NCBI GenBank assembly: GCA_044229975.1
Contig: JBGARZ010000012.1
Coordinates: forward strand, 256,001-320,000
Reading direction: 5' to 3'
DNA length: 64,000 nucleotides
Source of the DNA: Polyangiales bacterium
Lineage (GTDB): Bacteria > Myxococcota_A > Polyangia > Polyangiales > Ga0077539
Shown here in pieces: positions 38,029 to 48,532 of the stretch (the stretch's first letter is position 1; each line of letters starts with the position of its first letter). A program made the position numbers and the translations under genes. The notes under the pieces were generated by a model. It was not told where the DNA came from. It did not search any database and worked only from the letters and a program-made list of their open reading frames with translations.

Positions 38029-39780
38029 ATGAGCCTGGTGGTGCGGTTGTATGCGTCGGGTCTCGCGGTGCCGACGACGGTGACGCTGGCGCCCAACACG
38101 GGCGCGCTGGTGGGTCGTCGACCGCACGGCGACCCGTGGTCGACGCGGGCGCTGCCGGGTCGCGCAGAGGGCGCGACGCAGGTGACGATGCCGTCCGGCA
38201 CGGTGAGCGAAAACCACCTGTGGCTCTGGTACGACGGCACCTCACTGCACGGCGTGGACCTCGGGAGCACCAACGGAACACGCTGGCGTCTCGCGCCGGG
38301 CTGCGCCGTCCATGCGTCGGCGGACACACCCGCGGAGCTCGATCTGGGCGAGGTGTCGGCGGCGCCGCCCGATCATCCCGAGGCGGCGCAGTGGGAGGAC
38401 GAGGCGGGCTTCCGCGAGGCGGTGCGCTCGTCGGTGGCGGAGTGGATGGCGCAGCGCGGGCTCGCGGCGCGAGTGGCCGTCGAGCGCGAGGGGACGGAGG
38501 GCGCCGGGCGGGCGCTGGCGCCGCTCGGAGAGGGGTGGTTTCTCGCGGTGGAGGACGCGCGGGCGGCGCGGGCGGCGCGAACGGAGTTCCCTGCCTTCGC
38601 GCGGGCGCTGGAGGTGGTGCGCGCGTACGCGCGCTCGCAGCGGGGCGAGCTGGAGGTCGAGCGCGACAGCGGGCACGACGACCTGGTGCTCGCGTCGGCG
38701 ACGATGCGAACGCTGCACCGTCGCATCTGCCGCGCGGCTCGACACGGGCTCGGGGGGATCCTGCAAGGCGAGTCGGGCGTGGGGAAGAGCGCGCTGGCCC
38801 GGTGCTTCCACGAGCACTCCGAGCGACGTGGTGCCCCGTATCTGGAGACCAACCTCGCGGAGGACTCGGACGACCGCACGCTCTTCCTCGTGAAGCTCTT
38901 CGGGGCGCGCGCCGGGGCGGCGTCGGGCATCACCCGCGACCGCGTCGGGCTGGTGCGCGGCGCCCACCGGGGGACGCTCTTCCTCGACGAGGTCGGGAGC
39001 CTGCCGCTGGAGGTGCAGGGGGTGTTGCTGCGCTTCCTCGACACCGGCGAGTACCGGCGCCTCGGAGACGCGGGCGACGCGCCGCCCGAGCGCGCGGACG
39101 TGCGCGTGGTGGCAGGCACCAACGTCGACCTGCGCGCGGCGGTGCGCAAAGGAACCTTCCGCGAAGACCTCTGGTGGCGCCTCTCGGGCGTGGTGGTGGA
39201 GATCCCCCCGCTGCGCGAGCGACGCGACGACGTGCGCGCCTTCCTGGCGGGCGAGCGGATCGACCTCGGCGACGGACCCATCGCGGTGCCGGAGCTGCTG
39301 TCCATCGACGCACGCGCGGTGATGGAGGGGCACCCATGGCCGGGCAACTTCCGCGAGCTCAAGGGCTTCGTGGCGCGGCTGCCGTTGTTCACCGACGGTG
39401 CACCGCTCACGGGGGCGCAGTGCCGCGCGGCGCTCGACGCGGGCGCCCTGGTGCGCAGCGAGCCGCCGCCTCCGCCCGAACGGAGCACAGCCCCGACGGG
39501 CCACTGGGACGACCTGATGCCGAGGGCGCTGAAGCTCCTCCCGCGGTTGCTGGCGCAGCGAGGCCGAGACCCGGCGGTGCTCGACGTGCAGGTGCTCACC
39601 GAGGAGGTGTTGTTGCCGCTGTGCCTCGCCCGCGCGCTCGGGGTCGAAGGGTGGGCGACGCTCCCGGCGCGGCCCGAGCCGAGCTACCAGCGCCTCGCCG
39701 AGCGCATCGGGTACCGCGACGGCAAGAGCGTGCGGCAGGGGTTGCAGCGCTACCTGGAGCTACGCGCGCTGGAGGAGTGA
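38029..39780 (+). CDS. FHA plus sigma54-interacting AAA+ enhancer-binding protein
   Basis: VGRR/VSENH/DLGSTNGT (FHA); GESGVGKS, GTLFLDEVG, FREDLWWRL and WPGNFREL. Confidence 0.88.
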   Translation: MSLVVRLYASGLAVPTTVTLAPNTGALVGRRPHGDPWSTRALPGRAEGATQVTMPSGTVSENHLWLWYDGTSLHGVDLGSTNGTRWRLAPGCAVHASADTPAELDLGEVSAAPPDHPEAAQWEDEAGFREAVRSSVAEWMAQRGLAARVAVEREGTEGAGRALAPLGEGWFLAVEDARAARAARTEFPAFARALEVVRAYARSQRGELEVERDSGHDDLVLASATMRTLHRRICRAARHGLGGILQGESGVGKSALARCFHEHSERRGAPYLETNLAEDSDDRTLFLVKLFGARAGAASGITRDRVGLVRGAHRGTLFLDEVGSLPLEVQGVLLRFLDTGEYRRLGDAGDAPPERADVRVVAGTNVDLRAAVRKGTFREDLWWRLSGVVVEIPPLRERRDDVRAFLAGERIDLGDGPIAVPELLSIDARAVMEGHPWPGNFRELKGFVARLPLFTDGAPLTGAQCRAALDAGALVRSEPPPPPERSTAPTGHWDDLMPRALKLLPRLLAQRGRDPAVLDVQVLTEEVLLPLCLARALGVEGWATLPARPEPSYQRLAERIGYRDGKSVRQGLQRYLELRALEE

Positions 39781-39787
39781 CGGCGGG

Positions 39788-41347
39788 TCAGTCCAACAAC
39801 CGCGCGACCGCCTCGGACAGCGCCGCCGCGTCGTGGGGCTTCGCGAGGAAGCCGCGCACGCCGAGGTCGAGGATGGCCTGCGCCTCGTCGTTGAGCGCAT
39901 ACCCGCTCACCAACAACACCGGGATCGCCGCGTCGTGCTCTCGCAGCGCGAGGTACGTATCGCGACCGCCCATGCGCGGCATGTTCATGTCGAGCACCAC
40001 CGCGGCGAGCTCACCGTGGTGGCGCTCGTAGCGCTCCACGGCCTCGACGCCGTCGGCGGCCTCGATCACCTCGTAGCCGCTGGTGCGCAGCGCGAGGGCG
40101 GCGGCCGCGCGCACCAGGGCCTCGTCCTCCACGAGCAGCACCTTGCCCTGACCGGGTCGCAGCACGCGCGACGCGGCGGGCGGGGAGGACTCCGGGCGCG
40201 GTCCGGCGGCGGCCGGGAGCAGCACGCGCATGGTGGTTCCGCGCGGGTGGTTGGGCGCGACCTCGACGGCGCCGCGGTGGCTCTGCGCGACGCCGTAGAC
40301 CACCGCGAGCCCGAGGCCGGTGCCCGCGCCCGAACCCGTCGCGCGGGTGGTGAAGTACGGCTCGAAGATGCGGTCGCGCAGGGCGGGGTCGATGCCCGTC
40401 CCGGTGTCGCAGACCTCTAGCGCGGCGTGCGGTCCGGGCGCGAGGGGCGGCAGCGTTGCGGCGAGGGCGGCGTCGACGTCGACCGCACGCGTGCGAACGG
40501 TGATGGTGCCAGCGCCCTCGATGGCGTCGCGAGCGTTGAGGAGGAGGTTCATGATGACCTGCTCCAACTGGGTGACGTCGCCGACGACGTCGACGGGGTC
40601 GCCTTCGAAGCGCACCTCGATGCGGCGGTCGACGGTGCGGCCGACGATCTCGGCGACGGAGCGCGCGGCGGCGTCGAGGGCGACGCGCTGCGAGAGGTTC
40701 TTGCCGCGGCGGGCGAAGCCGAGGAGCGAGCGGGTGAGCTTCGCGGCGCTGTCGGTGACCTGGTCGATCTGCCCGAAGGCCGCGAGCCGCGCGGGGTCGG
40801 CCTCCCCCGCGCGCAGGAGAGACGACAGGATCTTGATGGTCGCGAGGAGGTTGTTGAAGTCGTGCGCGACGCCGCCGGCGAGGTTGCCGATGGAGTCCAT
40901 GCGCTGGGCCTGCCGGAGCCGCGCTTCGCCCTCGGCGCGTGCTCGTTCGGCGAGCACCTCGCGGGTGATGTCCGTGAAGCTCTCGACGACGTGGGTGATC
41001 TCCCCGCGCTCGTCGAAGAGCGGCTTCGCGAAGACGCGCAGGTGCACCCGTCCACCATCGTGGCGGTGGATCACCAGGTCGTCGACCACCACCTCCGCCC
41101 GCGCCTCCAGAACGCGCTCGAAGGGCATGCGCCCCTCGGGGTAGGGATCGCCGTCGACGGTGTGCACGCCGTAGGGCCCGACGTAGTTGCCGCGCTCGGC
41201 CTCGGGCGGTCCCTCCAGCCCGAGCACCACGCGAAACTCCCGGTTGGTGTAGACGGTCTCGCCACCCGGCACGGTGCCCACCCAGATCGCGGTGGGGAGC
41301 TCGTCGGCGATCATGGCAATGGAGTCGAGGTCGCGCGGCGTGGTCAT
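39788..41347 (-). CDS. PAS hybrid histidine kinase-receiver
   Basis: AHDFNN, NLLLNARDA, DTGTGI, GTGLGL and receiver LVEDE/VLDMNMP. Confidence 0.93.
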   Translation of the reverse strand: MTTPRDLDSIAMIADELPTAIWVGTVPGGETVYTNREFRVVLGLEGPPEAERGNYVGPYGVHTVDGDPYPEGRMPFERVLEARAEVVVDDLVIHRHDGGRVHLRVFAKPLFDERGEITHVVESFTDITREVLAERARAEGEARLRQAQRMDSIGNLAGGVAHDFNNLLATIKILSSLLRAGEADPARLAAFGQIDQVTDSAAKLTRSLLGFARRGKNLSQRVALDAAARSVAEIVGRTVDRRIEVRFEGDPVDVVGDVTQLEQVIMNLLLNARDAIEGAGTITVRTRAVDVDAALAATLPPLAPGPHAALEVCDTGTGIDPALRDRIFEPYFTTRATGSGAGTGLGLAVVYGVAQSHRGAVEVAPNHPRGTTMRVLLPAAAGPRPESSPPAASRVLRPGQGKVLLVEDEALVRAAAALALRTSGYEVIEAADGVEAVERYERHHGELAAVVLDMNMPRMGGRDTYLALREHDAAIPVLLVSGYALNDEAQAILDLGVRGFLAKPHDAAALSEAVARLLD

Positions 41348-41431
41348 CGGTGGGTCCGTTGGGCGCGCGCAGACTATCGAAGCGCGCCGCGACGGTCACG
41401 GCTTGTTGAGCGCCGCGAGGGTGTGGCAATC

Positions 41432-41872
41432 GTGCACAGCGTGAGCGCGGTGGTGAGGGTGGTGGTGGGGCTGGCGTTGTCGCTTGGACTGGCGGCGTGC
41501 GGTGCGAGTCGCAGGCGCGAGGTGGGTGAGCCGGTGACGATCATCGTGGTTCCGGCGGGGCATCCGGTGCCGGTGTATCAGGGCGTGTGGCCGACGATGA
41601 GGCCGACGCCGGACGCAGGGATGGTGGAGCTGCCGTCGCTGCCCGAGGGGTTGTCCCTCGCCTACGTCGGCGGAACGGTCTTCCAGGTCGGCGTGGACGG
41701 CGGGATCTTCGCCGACGTGACCGAGGTCGCGGACGCGGGGCCCTGCGGCGGGACGCGCGATTGGTGGCACCTCGACGAGGGGGTCTGGCGGACGAATGGA
41801 ACGTTGGTCACTGGGGGCCGCGGCAGCGCCGAGGCCATCGGCCACTGCATCGAGGCGACACGTCCGCGGTGA
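41432..41872 (+). CDS. Hypothetical lipoprotein
   Basis: LAAC lipobox after a hydrophobic stretch; fills the gap between genes. Confidence 0.55.
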   Translation: MHSVSAVVRVVVGLALSLGLAACGASRRREVGEPVTIIVVPAGHPVPVYQGVWPTMRPTPDAGMVELPSLPEGLSLAYVGGTVFQVGVDGGIFADVTEVADAGPCGGTRDWWHLDEGVWRTNGTLVTGGRGSAEAIGHCIEATRPR

Positions 41873-42018
41873 GTCAGCGGTCCGGAACACCTCGACGTGC
41901 TCGCCGCCCGCCAGGGCAAGATCAACGAGGGCCGCGCCCGCGCCCGAGCCGCCACGCCCGAGCCCACCCCGAGCTGACCCGCACTGACGGCGTGATCGCG
42001 GTCCCCTCTCTCAATCCA

Positions 42019-42612
42019 TCAATACAACGGACCCAGCACCAGCCGCGGGTCGGGGTAGATCGTCAGCGCGTGCGCGCGGTCGGCGTCACTCACCGCCCCC
42101 GGCAGGTCGTGCACCTCTGGTCGCACCAATGACAACTGGAAGTGCAGGTGCGGGTTCCATCCGCCGTTTTCGTGGCGGTCGCCGACCCAGGCGATGACCT
42201 CGCCGCGCGCCACGGGCTGCCCCTCGTAGCGCCCCTCCACCGAGCGCGCCGACAGGTGGCCGTGCAGCGCCCACACCGTTCGCCCGTTGATCTCGTGCTG
42301 CGTGACCAGCGTGAAGCCGTAGTCCCCTGGCGCCGGGTTGTCCCCAAACCGGTGCACCACACCGTCCCAGAACGCATGCACCCCCTCCCCCACCGGCGCC
42401 GCGATGTCGACCCCGACGTGCACGTCCCGCGTCCCGGCGAAGAGCGCGGTGGTGTACATCCCGCGGCGCTTCTCGTCGTAGCGACCGACGCCGTACTCCG
42501 ACCGCATCGCCCGTTCGGGGTCGTAGCCCGCGGTGAAGTCGTAGACCTCGTACCCGACTGGCAGATCGATCACCGGGGCGAACACGCAACCGCTCACGTC
42601 GAGGCTCGTCAT
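42019..42612 (-). CDS. M23 (LytM) family peptidase-domain protein
   Basis: HVGVD, YGFT, LHGHL and PHLHFQ. Confidence 0.85.
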   Translation of the reverse strand: MTSLDVSGCVFAPVIDLPVGYEVYDFTAGYDPERAMRSEYGVGRYDEKRRGMYTTALFAGTRDVHVGVDIAAPVGEGVHAFWDGVVHRFGDNPAPGDYGFTLVTQHEINGRTVWALHGHLSARSVEGRYEGQPVARGEVIAWVGDRHENGGWNPHLHFQLSLVRPEVHDLPGAVSDADRAHALTIYPDPRLVLGPLY

Positions 42613-42675
42613 GGCGCGCCGAGGGATACCACCGCCGCAGGGGCGCTGACCTTCGCGGTGTGCGAAGTTCGTGGC

Positions 42676-43344
42676 GTGGACGACGCCCCGACCACCCGCG
42701 CGCCCGACGAGTACGAGCGCCAGTACATGGACGCCGACCGGGCGCTGCTCATCGCGCGGGTGCGGCAGCTCCTGTGGCTGCGCCTCGCGCTCGCGGCCTT
42801 CGTCGCGGCGATGGTGGTCGTCAACGTCCAGCAGCTCATCGTGATCGTCCCGCGGCTGTGGGAGCTGCGGCACGTGGCGCCGGGGGCGGTGGCGGCGTTC
42901 TTCGCGGCGTGCGTTCCGTTCTGGGCGCTGGTGCTGTGGTTTCCGGTGGCCGAGCTCGTGGGCGCCGTCACGCGCGTGGTGCTCACGCCGACGCACCTGC
43001 GGGTGCACCGCGGCTTCGGCACGACGGACATTCCCCTCGACGCCGTCACGGGCGTCGCGGTCGAGCAGACGAAGCGGTGGTTTCCGGCGCGCCTGTCGCG
43101 GCGCGACGCGGTCTACCAGAGCTTCCGCACGAAGGACTCCGTGCGGGTCGAGTGGGTCGATGCGAAGGGCCGACCGCGAAGGTTGTGGGTCTACCTGGAC
43201 GGCGCCGAGGCGCTGCGCGAGCGCATCGAGCGGGCGCGCGGCGGAGGCACCGGGGTGCGCATCGACGTCGGGGCGACGGACGAAGAGACAAGCGACGAGG
43301 AGTGGGCGACGGAGCGCGAGGAGTCAGCGAGGCGGCGCTCTTGA
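42676..43344 (+). CDS. Hypothetical 2-TM protein with PH-like domain
   Basis: Two hydrophobic helices followed by LTPTHLRV...IPLDAV. Confidence 0.6.
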   Translation: MDDAPTTRAPDEYERQYMDADRALLIARVRQLLWLRLALAAFVAAMVVVNVQQLIVIVPRLWELRHVAPGAVAAFFAACVPFWALVLWFPVAELVGAVTRVVLTPTHLRVHRGFGTTDIPLDAVTGVAVEQTKRWFPARLSRRDAVYQSFRTKDSVRVEWVDAKGRPRRLWVYLDGAEALRERIERARGGGTGVRIDVGATDEETSDEEWATEREESARRRS

Positions 43345-43346
43345 GC

Positions 43347-43371
43347 GGGCCGGGGTTCACCGTGCAGGCTC
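43347..43371. repeat. Dispersed copy of a 25-bp core of the 51.5-kb element
   Basis: GGGCCGGGGTTCACCGTGCAGGCTC matches 51537-51561 at 24/25. Confidence 0.8.
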
Positions 43372-44047
43372 AGAGATCCATCACCCCGCGCCCGTTGGCG
43401 CAGCGCACCCGGCGAAACCCGAACGCCCTCAGCCCCGCCCGGCTCTCCGGGCGCGCGATGCTCTCCACCATCTGCTGGTCGCACATCGCCGTGTCGAAGC
43501 GCAGCGAGGTGCTGCGCTCGTCGGCCACGTGAACGCACCCGAGGCCCCGCGGCGACAACTGGTCGATGTCCGCCGCGAGCTCGGTGCGCATCCGCTGCTT
43601 CGTTCGCTCGTCCTCCGAGGCCGCGTCGGCGTGGTCGCGCAGGTGCGTCGAGAGCGCCCTCGCCGCCGCCCCCAACAGGTTGCCCTGCCGACGCCTCACC
43701 TCCGCCATCAACGCCGGCACCGCGGCCCTCTCGGGTGACCCCTCCGGAATCGCCGACGTGTGGTGCTCCACCCCCCCAAACGACCCGCCCGTCTGCGTCT
43801 CCGGGTCGTAGCCCACCGTCAGCGCGCGGCGCGCCTCGGCCAGGTGCTGCGCGGGCGTCATCGCGCGAAAGCGGGCGTGCGCCGCCTCCATCCGCACGCG
43901 CGCTTCTTCAGGCGACACGATGGTTCCGATGGCCACGTCGCTCTCGGTGAGCGCGCGGCCGTAGAGCGCCACCGCCCCCACGCACGCCGCGGGAATGGCC
44001 AACACCAGGGCACCGATGACGACCACCCGACCCGCTGCGTTCGACAT
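43370..44047 (-). CDS. Hypothetical N-terminally anchored protein
   Basis: N-terminal hydrophobic helix; plausible codon usage. Confidence 0.6.
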   Translation of the reverse strand: MSNAAGRVVVIGALVLAIPAACVGAVALYGRALTESDVAIGTIVSPEEARVRMEAAHARFRAMTPAQHLAEARRALTVGYDPETQTGGSFGGVEHHTSAIPEGSPERAAVPALMAEVRRRQGNLLGAAARALSTHLRDHADAASEDERTKQRMRTELAADIDQLSPRGLGCVHVADERSTSLRFDTAMCDQQMVESIARPESRAGLRAFGFRRVRCANGRGVMDL

Positions 44048-44084
44048 GACCGGGACGATACACGCATCCCGGTCGGCGCCGGAC

Positions 44085-46160
44085 CTACCGGACGATGTAC
44101 CGCAAGGTGTAGGTCATACCGCTGCCGCCGATGCGCTCGTCGACCACCAGCGCATGCAGGCCGCGCGCGGTCGTCACGTTGTTGAGCCGCGAGCCGTAGC
44201 TGAGCGTGTCCGCCCCCGAACCCGTACCTCGGCAGTTGCTACCGCCCATGGTTCCGCCGTCGTCGTTGCAGGTGCTCTCGGTGTTGGTCACGGCGCTGCG
44301 GATGTAGATCGCCGGGTCGTAGTTGGTCGTGCCGATGCGCCGCGTGTACGTCCCGCCGTCGCTCGCGCACAGGCTGAAGAACTGCTGCGTCCCGCCGCAC
44401 GTCGTGAACCACCGGACGTCCTCGCCGGACGCCGTCCCGCCGCAGGTTCCGGCGATGCGCCCGGTGCCCACGAGCACCGTCGACGTCGAGCCGTCGCCCC
44501 GGAGCCGATCGGTATAGAAGTACGACCCGAGGTTGCTCGGCAGGTGCTGCACCCGCAGCGTGAAGGTGCCGGTGCCGCAGCCGCCGACCACCACGTACCA
44601 GGTGCCCGCGCCGAGCACGCCCGCGGTCTGTGAGTTGAGCCCGCTGCTGAAGCCCGCCGCGCTCGACGCGCAGCCGCCGTCGTCGTTGCAGAGCCCGAGG
44701 TTGGTGTTGCCCGACCCGGACTGCGCCGCCACCGGGACGCCCATCTCGTTGGTGATGGAGAGCGACGTGTCGAGCGTCGAGCCCGCCGTGTCGAGGTACA
44801 CCACCTCCTGCTGCGCCAGCGTGAAGCGGTACCAGACGTCCGCTCCGCTCGTGCACCCGCACGGAACCGTCGGCCCATCATGCGTCGCACCGGTCGTGGT
44901 CCCGGTGACGGTGGTCTCGGCGGCGCCGAGGGCGATCACCCGCGCGGCCGCCCGCGCGTCGTTGGCAGGCGCGCAGGCCCCGGCCGTACACGACGTCCCG
45001 CTGGCGCACGCCGTCCCGCACGCGCCGCAGTTGGCCGTGTCGGTCTGCACGTTGACGCAGCGGCCCGAGCACTGGGTCTGCCCGGCCGTGCACACGGTGC
45101 TGCACGCGCCCGCGCTGCACGTCGACGGGGCGGTGCAGGCCCGCGCGCACATCCCGCAGTTGGCCGCGTCGGTCTGGAGGTTGACGCAGCGGGTGCCGCA
45201 CAGGGTCTGACCCGTCGGGCACGCGCACGCGCCCGCCACGCAGGACGTCCCGGTCATGCAGGTGGTGCCGCACGCGCCGCAGTTGGCGGGGTCGGTGCGG
45301 GTGTCGAGGCAGCGCCCGGCGCACGCGGTCTGACCCGTCGGGCACGCGCACGCCCCCGCGGTGCAGCGCTGGCCCATGGTGCACGCCGTCCCGCACGCGC
45401 CGCAGTTGGCGCTGTCGGTGGTGACGTCGACGCAGGCCGACATGCCGCCCGACGCGCAGGCCCGGCCGGGCGCGGGGCACGAGCTACGGCACGCGCCCGC
45501 CACGCAGCTCTCGCCCGCGCCGCAGGACATCCCGCACATCCCGCAGTTGCCGAGGTCACCCATCGTGTCGACGCACGCGGCGCCGCAGCGGGTCTGCCCC
45601 GTCGGGCACGCGGCCGGAGAGCACGCGCCCTCGGTGCAGCGCTCGCCCGCGGCGCACGCCTGGCCGCAGCCGCCGCAGTGGGCGGGCGCGATGTTGGTGT
45701 CGACGCACATCCCGCCGCAGTCGATCTGTCCGGTGGTGCACGTCGCAGCGGCCTGGCAGGTGCCGGCCGAGCAGGTCTGCGCGGCCGAGCACGCCTGGCC
45801 GCAGGCGCCGCAGTTGGTGGTGTCGCTGGTGGTGTCGACGCAGGCACCGCCGCAGTCGGTCTGCCCGCCGGGGCAGCGCGCGCGGCACACGGAGGCGGTG
45901 CAGTCCTCGGTGGCGCCGCAGGCGCGGTCGCACGAGCCGCAGTGGAAGCGGTCGCTGGCGAGGTTGAAGCACTCGTTGCCGCAGCGGGCCTGACCCTCCG
46001 GGCAGGTGAGCGGGTTGGTGATGCCCGCGTCGTCGCCGGTGTCACCCGCGGCGCTCGGCACGTCGTCCTCTCCGGTCGGAACCATCGTGTTGCCAGCGCA
46101 GCCGACAAGGGCCACAACGAGGGGAAGAGCGAACCACCGAAGCCAGGGCGCCAGTCGCAT
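44085..46160 (-). CDS. Cys-rich repeat lipoprotein (8 x CVD...NCGACG..C) with C-terminal PPC-like beta domains
   Basis: LVGC lipobox; eight ~40-aa 8-Cys repeats; two D(V/P)..Y/F ... CNDDGG domains. Confidence 0.85.
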   Translation of the reverse strand: MRLAPWLRWFALPLVVALVGCAGNTMVPTGEDDVPSAAGDTGDDAGITNPLTCPEGQARCGNECFNLASDRFHCGSCDRACGATEDCTASVCRARCPGGQTDCGGACVDTTSDTTNCGACGQACSAAQTCSAGTCQAAATCTTGQIDCGGMCVDTNIAPAHCGGCGQACAAGERCTEGACSPAACPTGQTRCGAACVDTMGDLGNCGMCGMSCGAGESCVAGACRSSCPAPGRACASGGMSACVDVTTDSANCGACGTACTMGQRCTAGACACPTGQTACAGRCLDTRTDPANCGACGTTCMTGTSCVAGACACPTGQTLCGTRCVNLQTDAANCGMCARACTAPSTCSAGACSTVCTAGQTQCSGRCVNVQTDTANCGACGTACASGTSCTAGACAPANDARAAARVIALGAAETTVTGTTTGATHDGPTVPCGCTSGADVWYRFTLAQQEVVYLDTAGSTLDTSLSITNEMGVPVAAQSGSGNTNLGLCNDDGGCASSAAGFSSGLNSQTAGVLGAGTWYVVVGGCGTGTFTLRVQHLPSNLGSYFYTDRLRGDGSTSTVLVGTGRIAGTCGGTASGEDVRWFTTCGGTQQFFSLCASDGGTYTRRIGTTNYDPAIYIRSAVTNTESTCNDDGGTMGGSNCRGTGSGADTLSYGSRLNNVTTARGLHALVVDERIGGSGMTYTLRYIVR

Positions 46161-46279
46161 GGGGGCCTCCTAACACGATCGGCGCCGTAGGACAGCGGGG
46201 GGCCCCTCCCTGGCAGCCGTCATGTGTCACGGTCATCGTTCGCCCCACCGCCGACCCACCGAAGAGCTGAAGCCCACCC

Positions 46280-48400
46280 GTGAACCGAACCATCCCCATC
46301 GCCACCCTCCCCTCCACGCTCCGGGTCGAGGACGCCGTCGAGGCCGCGTGCGCGGCTGATATCGCCTTCATCGAGGAGCGATTGCGTCGCGGCACCTCGG
46401 TGCTCGTCGAGTGCGACAAGGAGCTCTCCCTCTACCTCTACCTCGCCGTCCGCGGACGCCTCCGCCGCACCAAGGACGCGCCCAAGCTCGTGGTGGTCGA
46501 TGGCCGCCCGGCGCCGGATGTTCCGTACCGCGGCAACCTCCCGCGCATGTTGGAGCAGCTCACGGAGTCCATCCGCGGCAGCGTCGATCGCACCATCATC
46601 GTGCTGCTCCACCTCGACGTGCTGACCACCACGCACACGGGGCTCACCCTCGAAGCGCGCGAGTCGATTCCGTTGTTGTATGAAAACCCCGAGGCGGTGC
46701 TGCTGGGGTTTCGCGACCCGAGCTTCGAGGTGCCGAAGGTCATCCGCGAGGTGTTTCCGGCGCGGCGGGAGATCACCGGGATTCCGCGCGAGGCGCTGCC
46801 GAAGATCATCACGCAGCGCGAGGCGAAGTCCCTGCACGCGACGGAGTTCGACCCCTTCGGGATGTACAAGTACGTCTCGGGGTTGAACCCCGTCCGGCTG
46901 CGTCGCTTGTTCGGCGAGCTGGAGCTGCGGCGCGAGGCGGGCGCGGGTCGCTCGCTGGCGCAGGAGGTCTATGCGGACATCCGCAAGCAGACGGTCACCG
47001 ACGACATCGAGCTCCCCACGGTCGACCTCGACGCCGACATCGGCGGCTATGGCGAGGTGAAGACGCGGTTGAAGGAAGAGCTCATCGAGCTCATCCAGCG
47101 CAAGGACGCGGTGGGCAGCGAAGGCGACATCGCGGCGATCGAGTCGCTGCTGCCGCGCGGGGTGATCTTCCATGGGCCACCGGGGACGGGGAAGACGTAC
47201 TTCGCCAAGGCCATCGCGACGGCGCTCAACGCGAGCGTGATCATCGTGTCGGGCCCGGAGCTCAAGTCCAAGTGGGTCGGTGAGAGCGAAGAGAATCTTC
47301 GCCGGGTCTTCCGACAGGCGAGGCAGAGCGCGCCCGCGGTGGTGGTGTTCGATGAGATCGACGCCTTCGCGGCGCAGCGCGGGACGTACACCGGGTCGGG
47401 CGTGGAGCACTCGATGGTCAACCAGCTCCTCACGGAGATGGACGGCTTCCGCAAGAACGAGATGGTCTTCGTGGTCGCCACCACGAACTTCCTCACCTCC
47501 GTCGACGGCGCGCTGATGCGTCCGGGGCGCTTCGAGTTTCTCATCGAGATTCCGGCGCCGACGGCGGACGACCGCAAGGCCATCGCGACGATCTACAGCC
47601 AGCGCTTCGGGCTCAACCTGTCCGACGCGGTGATCTCGCACCTCGTTCGCCGCACCGAGGGCCTCGCCGACCGCGAGAAGAACATCCCCTTCTCGGGCGA
47701 CCACCTCCAGTCGGTGTGCCGCGCGCTCAAGCGACAGTCCCTTCGCACGGGGACGACGATGTTTACGACCGAGGACATCGACCGCGCGCTGCAACGGAAG
47801 ACCCGCCGCGCCATCGTGCTGAGCAAGGAGGAGGAGCGGGTGATCGGCGTTCACGAGGCGGGGCACGCGCTCATCGCGATGCTGCTGCCGAAGGCGACAC
47901 CCCCGGAGCGCATCTGCATCGCGCAGGACCAGGAGGGCGCCCTCGGGTACGTGCTGCGGGCGGCTCGCACGCGGCCGTACGTGACGACGGAGGACGAGAT
48001 GCGCGCGGACATCTGCGTGGGCCTCGGGGGCCAGACGGCCGAGCGCATGATGCTGGGCGAGGTGAGCGTCGGGGCCTACGCCGACCTGCAACAGTGCAAC
48101 CTCATCGCGCGGGCCATGGTCGAGGAGTACGGCATGAGCGGGACGCTCGGCGCGCGCGTGATGCTGGAGGACGAGTCGGGCCGCAGCGGGATGGGCGCGA
48201 GCGAGGCGCGGCGGGTGCGCATCGACGCGGCCATCGACGAGATCCTGCGGGCCGAGCAGGCGCGCGCGACGGAGCTGCTGGGCAAGAACCGCGAGCTGCT
48301 CAACGCCCTGTGGACGCTGCTGCTGGAGAAGAAGGTGCTGGAGGGCGAGAGCCTCACGGGCTTCTCCGCGACGGTCACAGGCGCGGCTCCCACTCCGTAG
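46280..48400 (+). CDS. Soluble FtsH-like AAA+ ATPase/M41 metalloprotease
   Basis: GPPGTGKT, VVFDEID, ATTN...MRPGRFE, HEAGH and GAYADL; no TM helix. Confidence 0.85.
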   Translation: MNRTIPIATLPSTLRVEDAVEAACAADIAFIEERLRRGTSVLVECDKELSLYLYLAVRGRLRRTKDAPKLVVVDGRPAPDVPYRGNLPRMLEQLTESIRGSVDRTIIVLLHLDVLTTTHTGLTLEARESIPLLYENPEAVLLGFRDPSFEVPKVIREVFPARREITGIPREALPKIITQREAKSLHATEFDPFGMYKYVSGLNPVRLRRLFGELELRREAGAGRSLAQEVYADIRKQTVTDDIELPTVDLDADIGGYGEVKTRLKEELIELIQRKDAVGSEGDIAAIESLLPRGVIFHGPPGTGKTYFAKAIATALNASVIIVSGPELKSKWVGESEENLRRVFRQARQSAPAVVVFDEIDAFAAQRGTYTGSGVEHSMVNQLLTEMDGFRKNEMVFVVATTNFLTSVDGALMRPGRFEFLIEIPAPTADDRKAIATIYSQRFGLNLSDAVISHLVRRTEGLADREKNIPFSGDHLQSVCRALKRQSLRTGTTMFTTEDIDRALQRKTRRAIVLSKEEERVIGVHEAGHALIAMLLPKATPPERICIAQDQEGALGYVLRAARTRPYVTTEDEMRADICVGLGGQTAERMMLGEVSVGAYADLQQCNLIARAMVEEYGMSGTLGARVMLEDESGRSGMGASEARRVRIDAAIDEILRAEQARATELLGKNRELLNALWTLLLEKKVLEGESLTGFSATVTGAAPTP

Positions 48401-48532
48401 GCATCCGCCCTTCATCCGCCCACTGCGGGCGCGCAACGACCCCCTCGACGCCGCGTTGGTCTTCGCGGTACCCCATCGAAGGTCAACGACCGCCGAGCAC
48501 CCGGCATCGGCTCCTGTTGCGTCTCACCCGGA

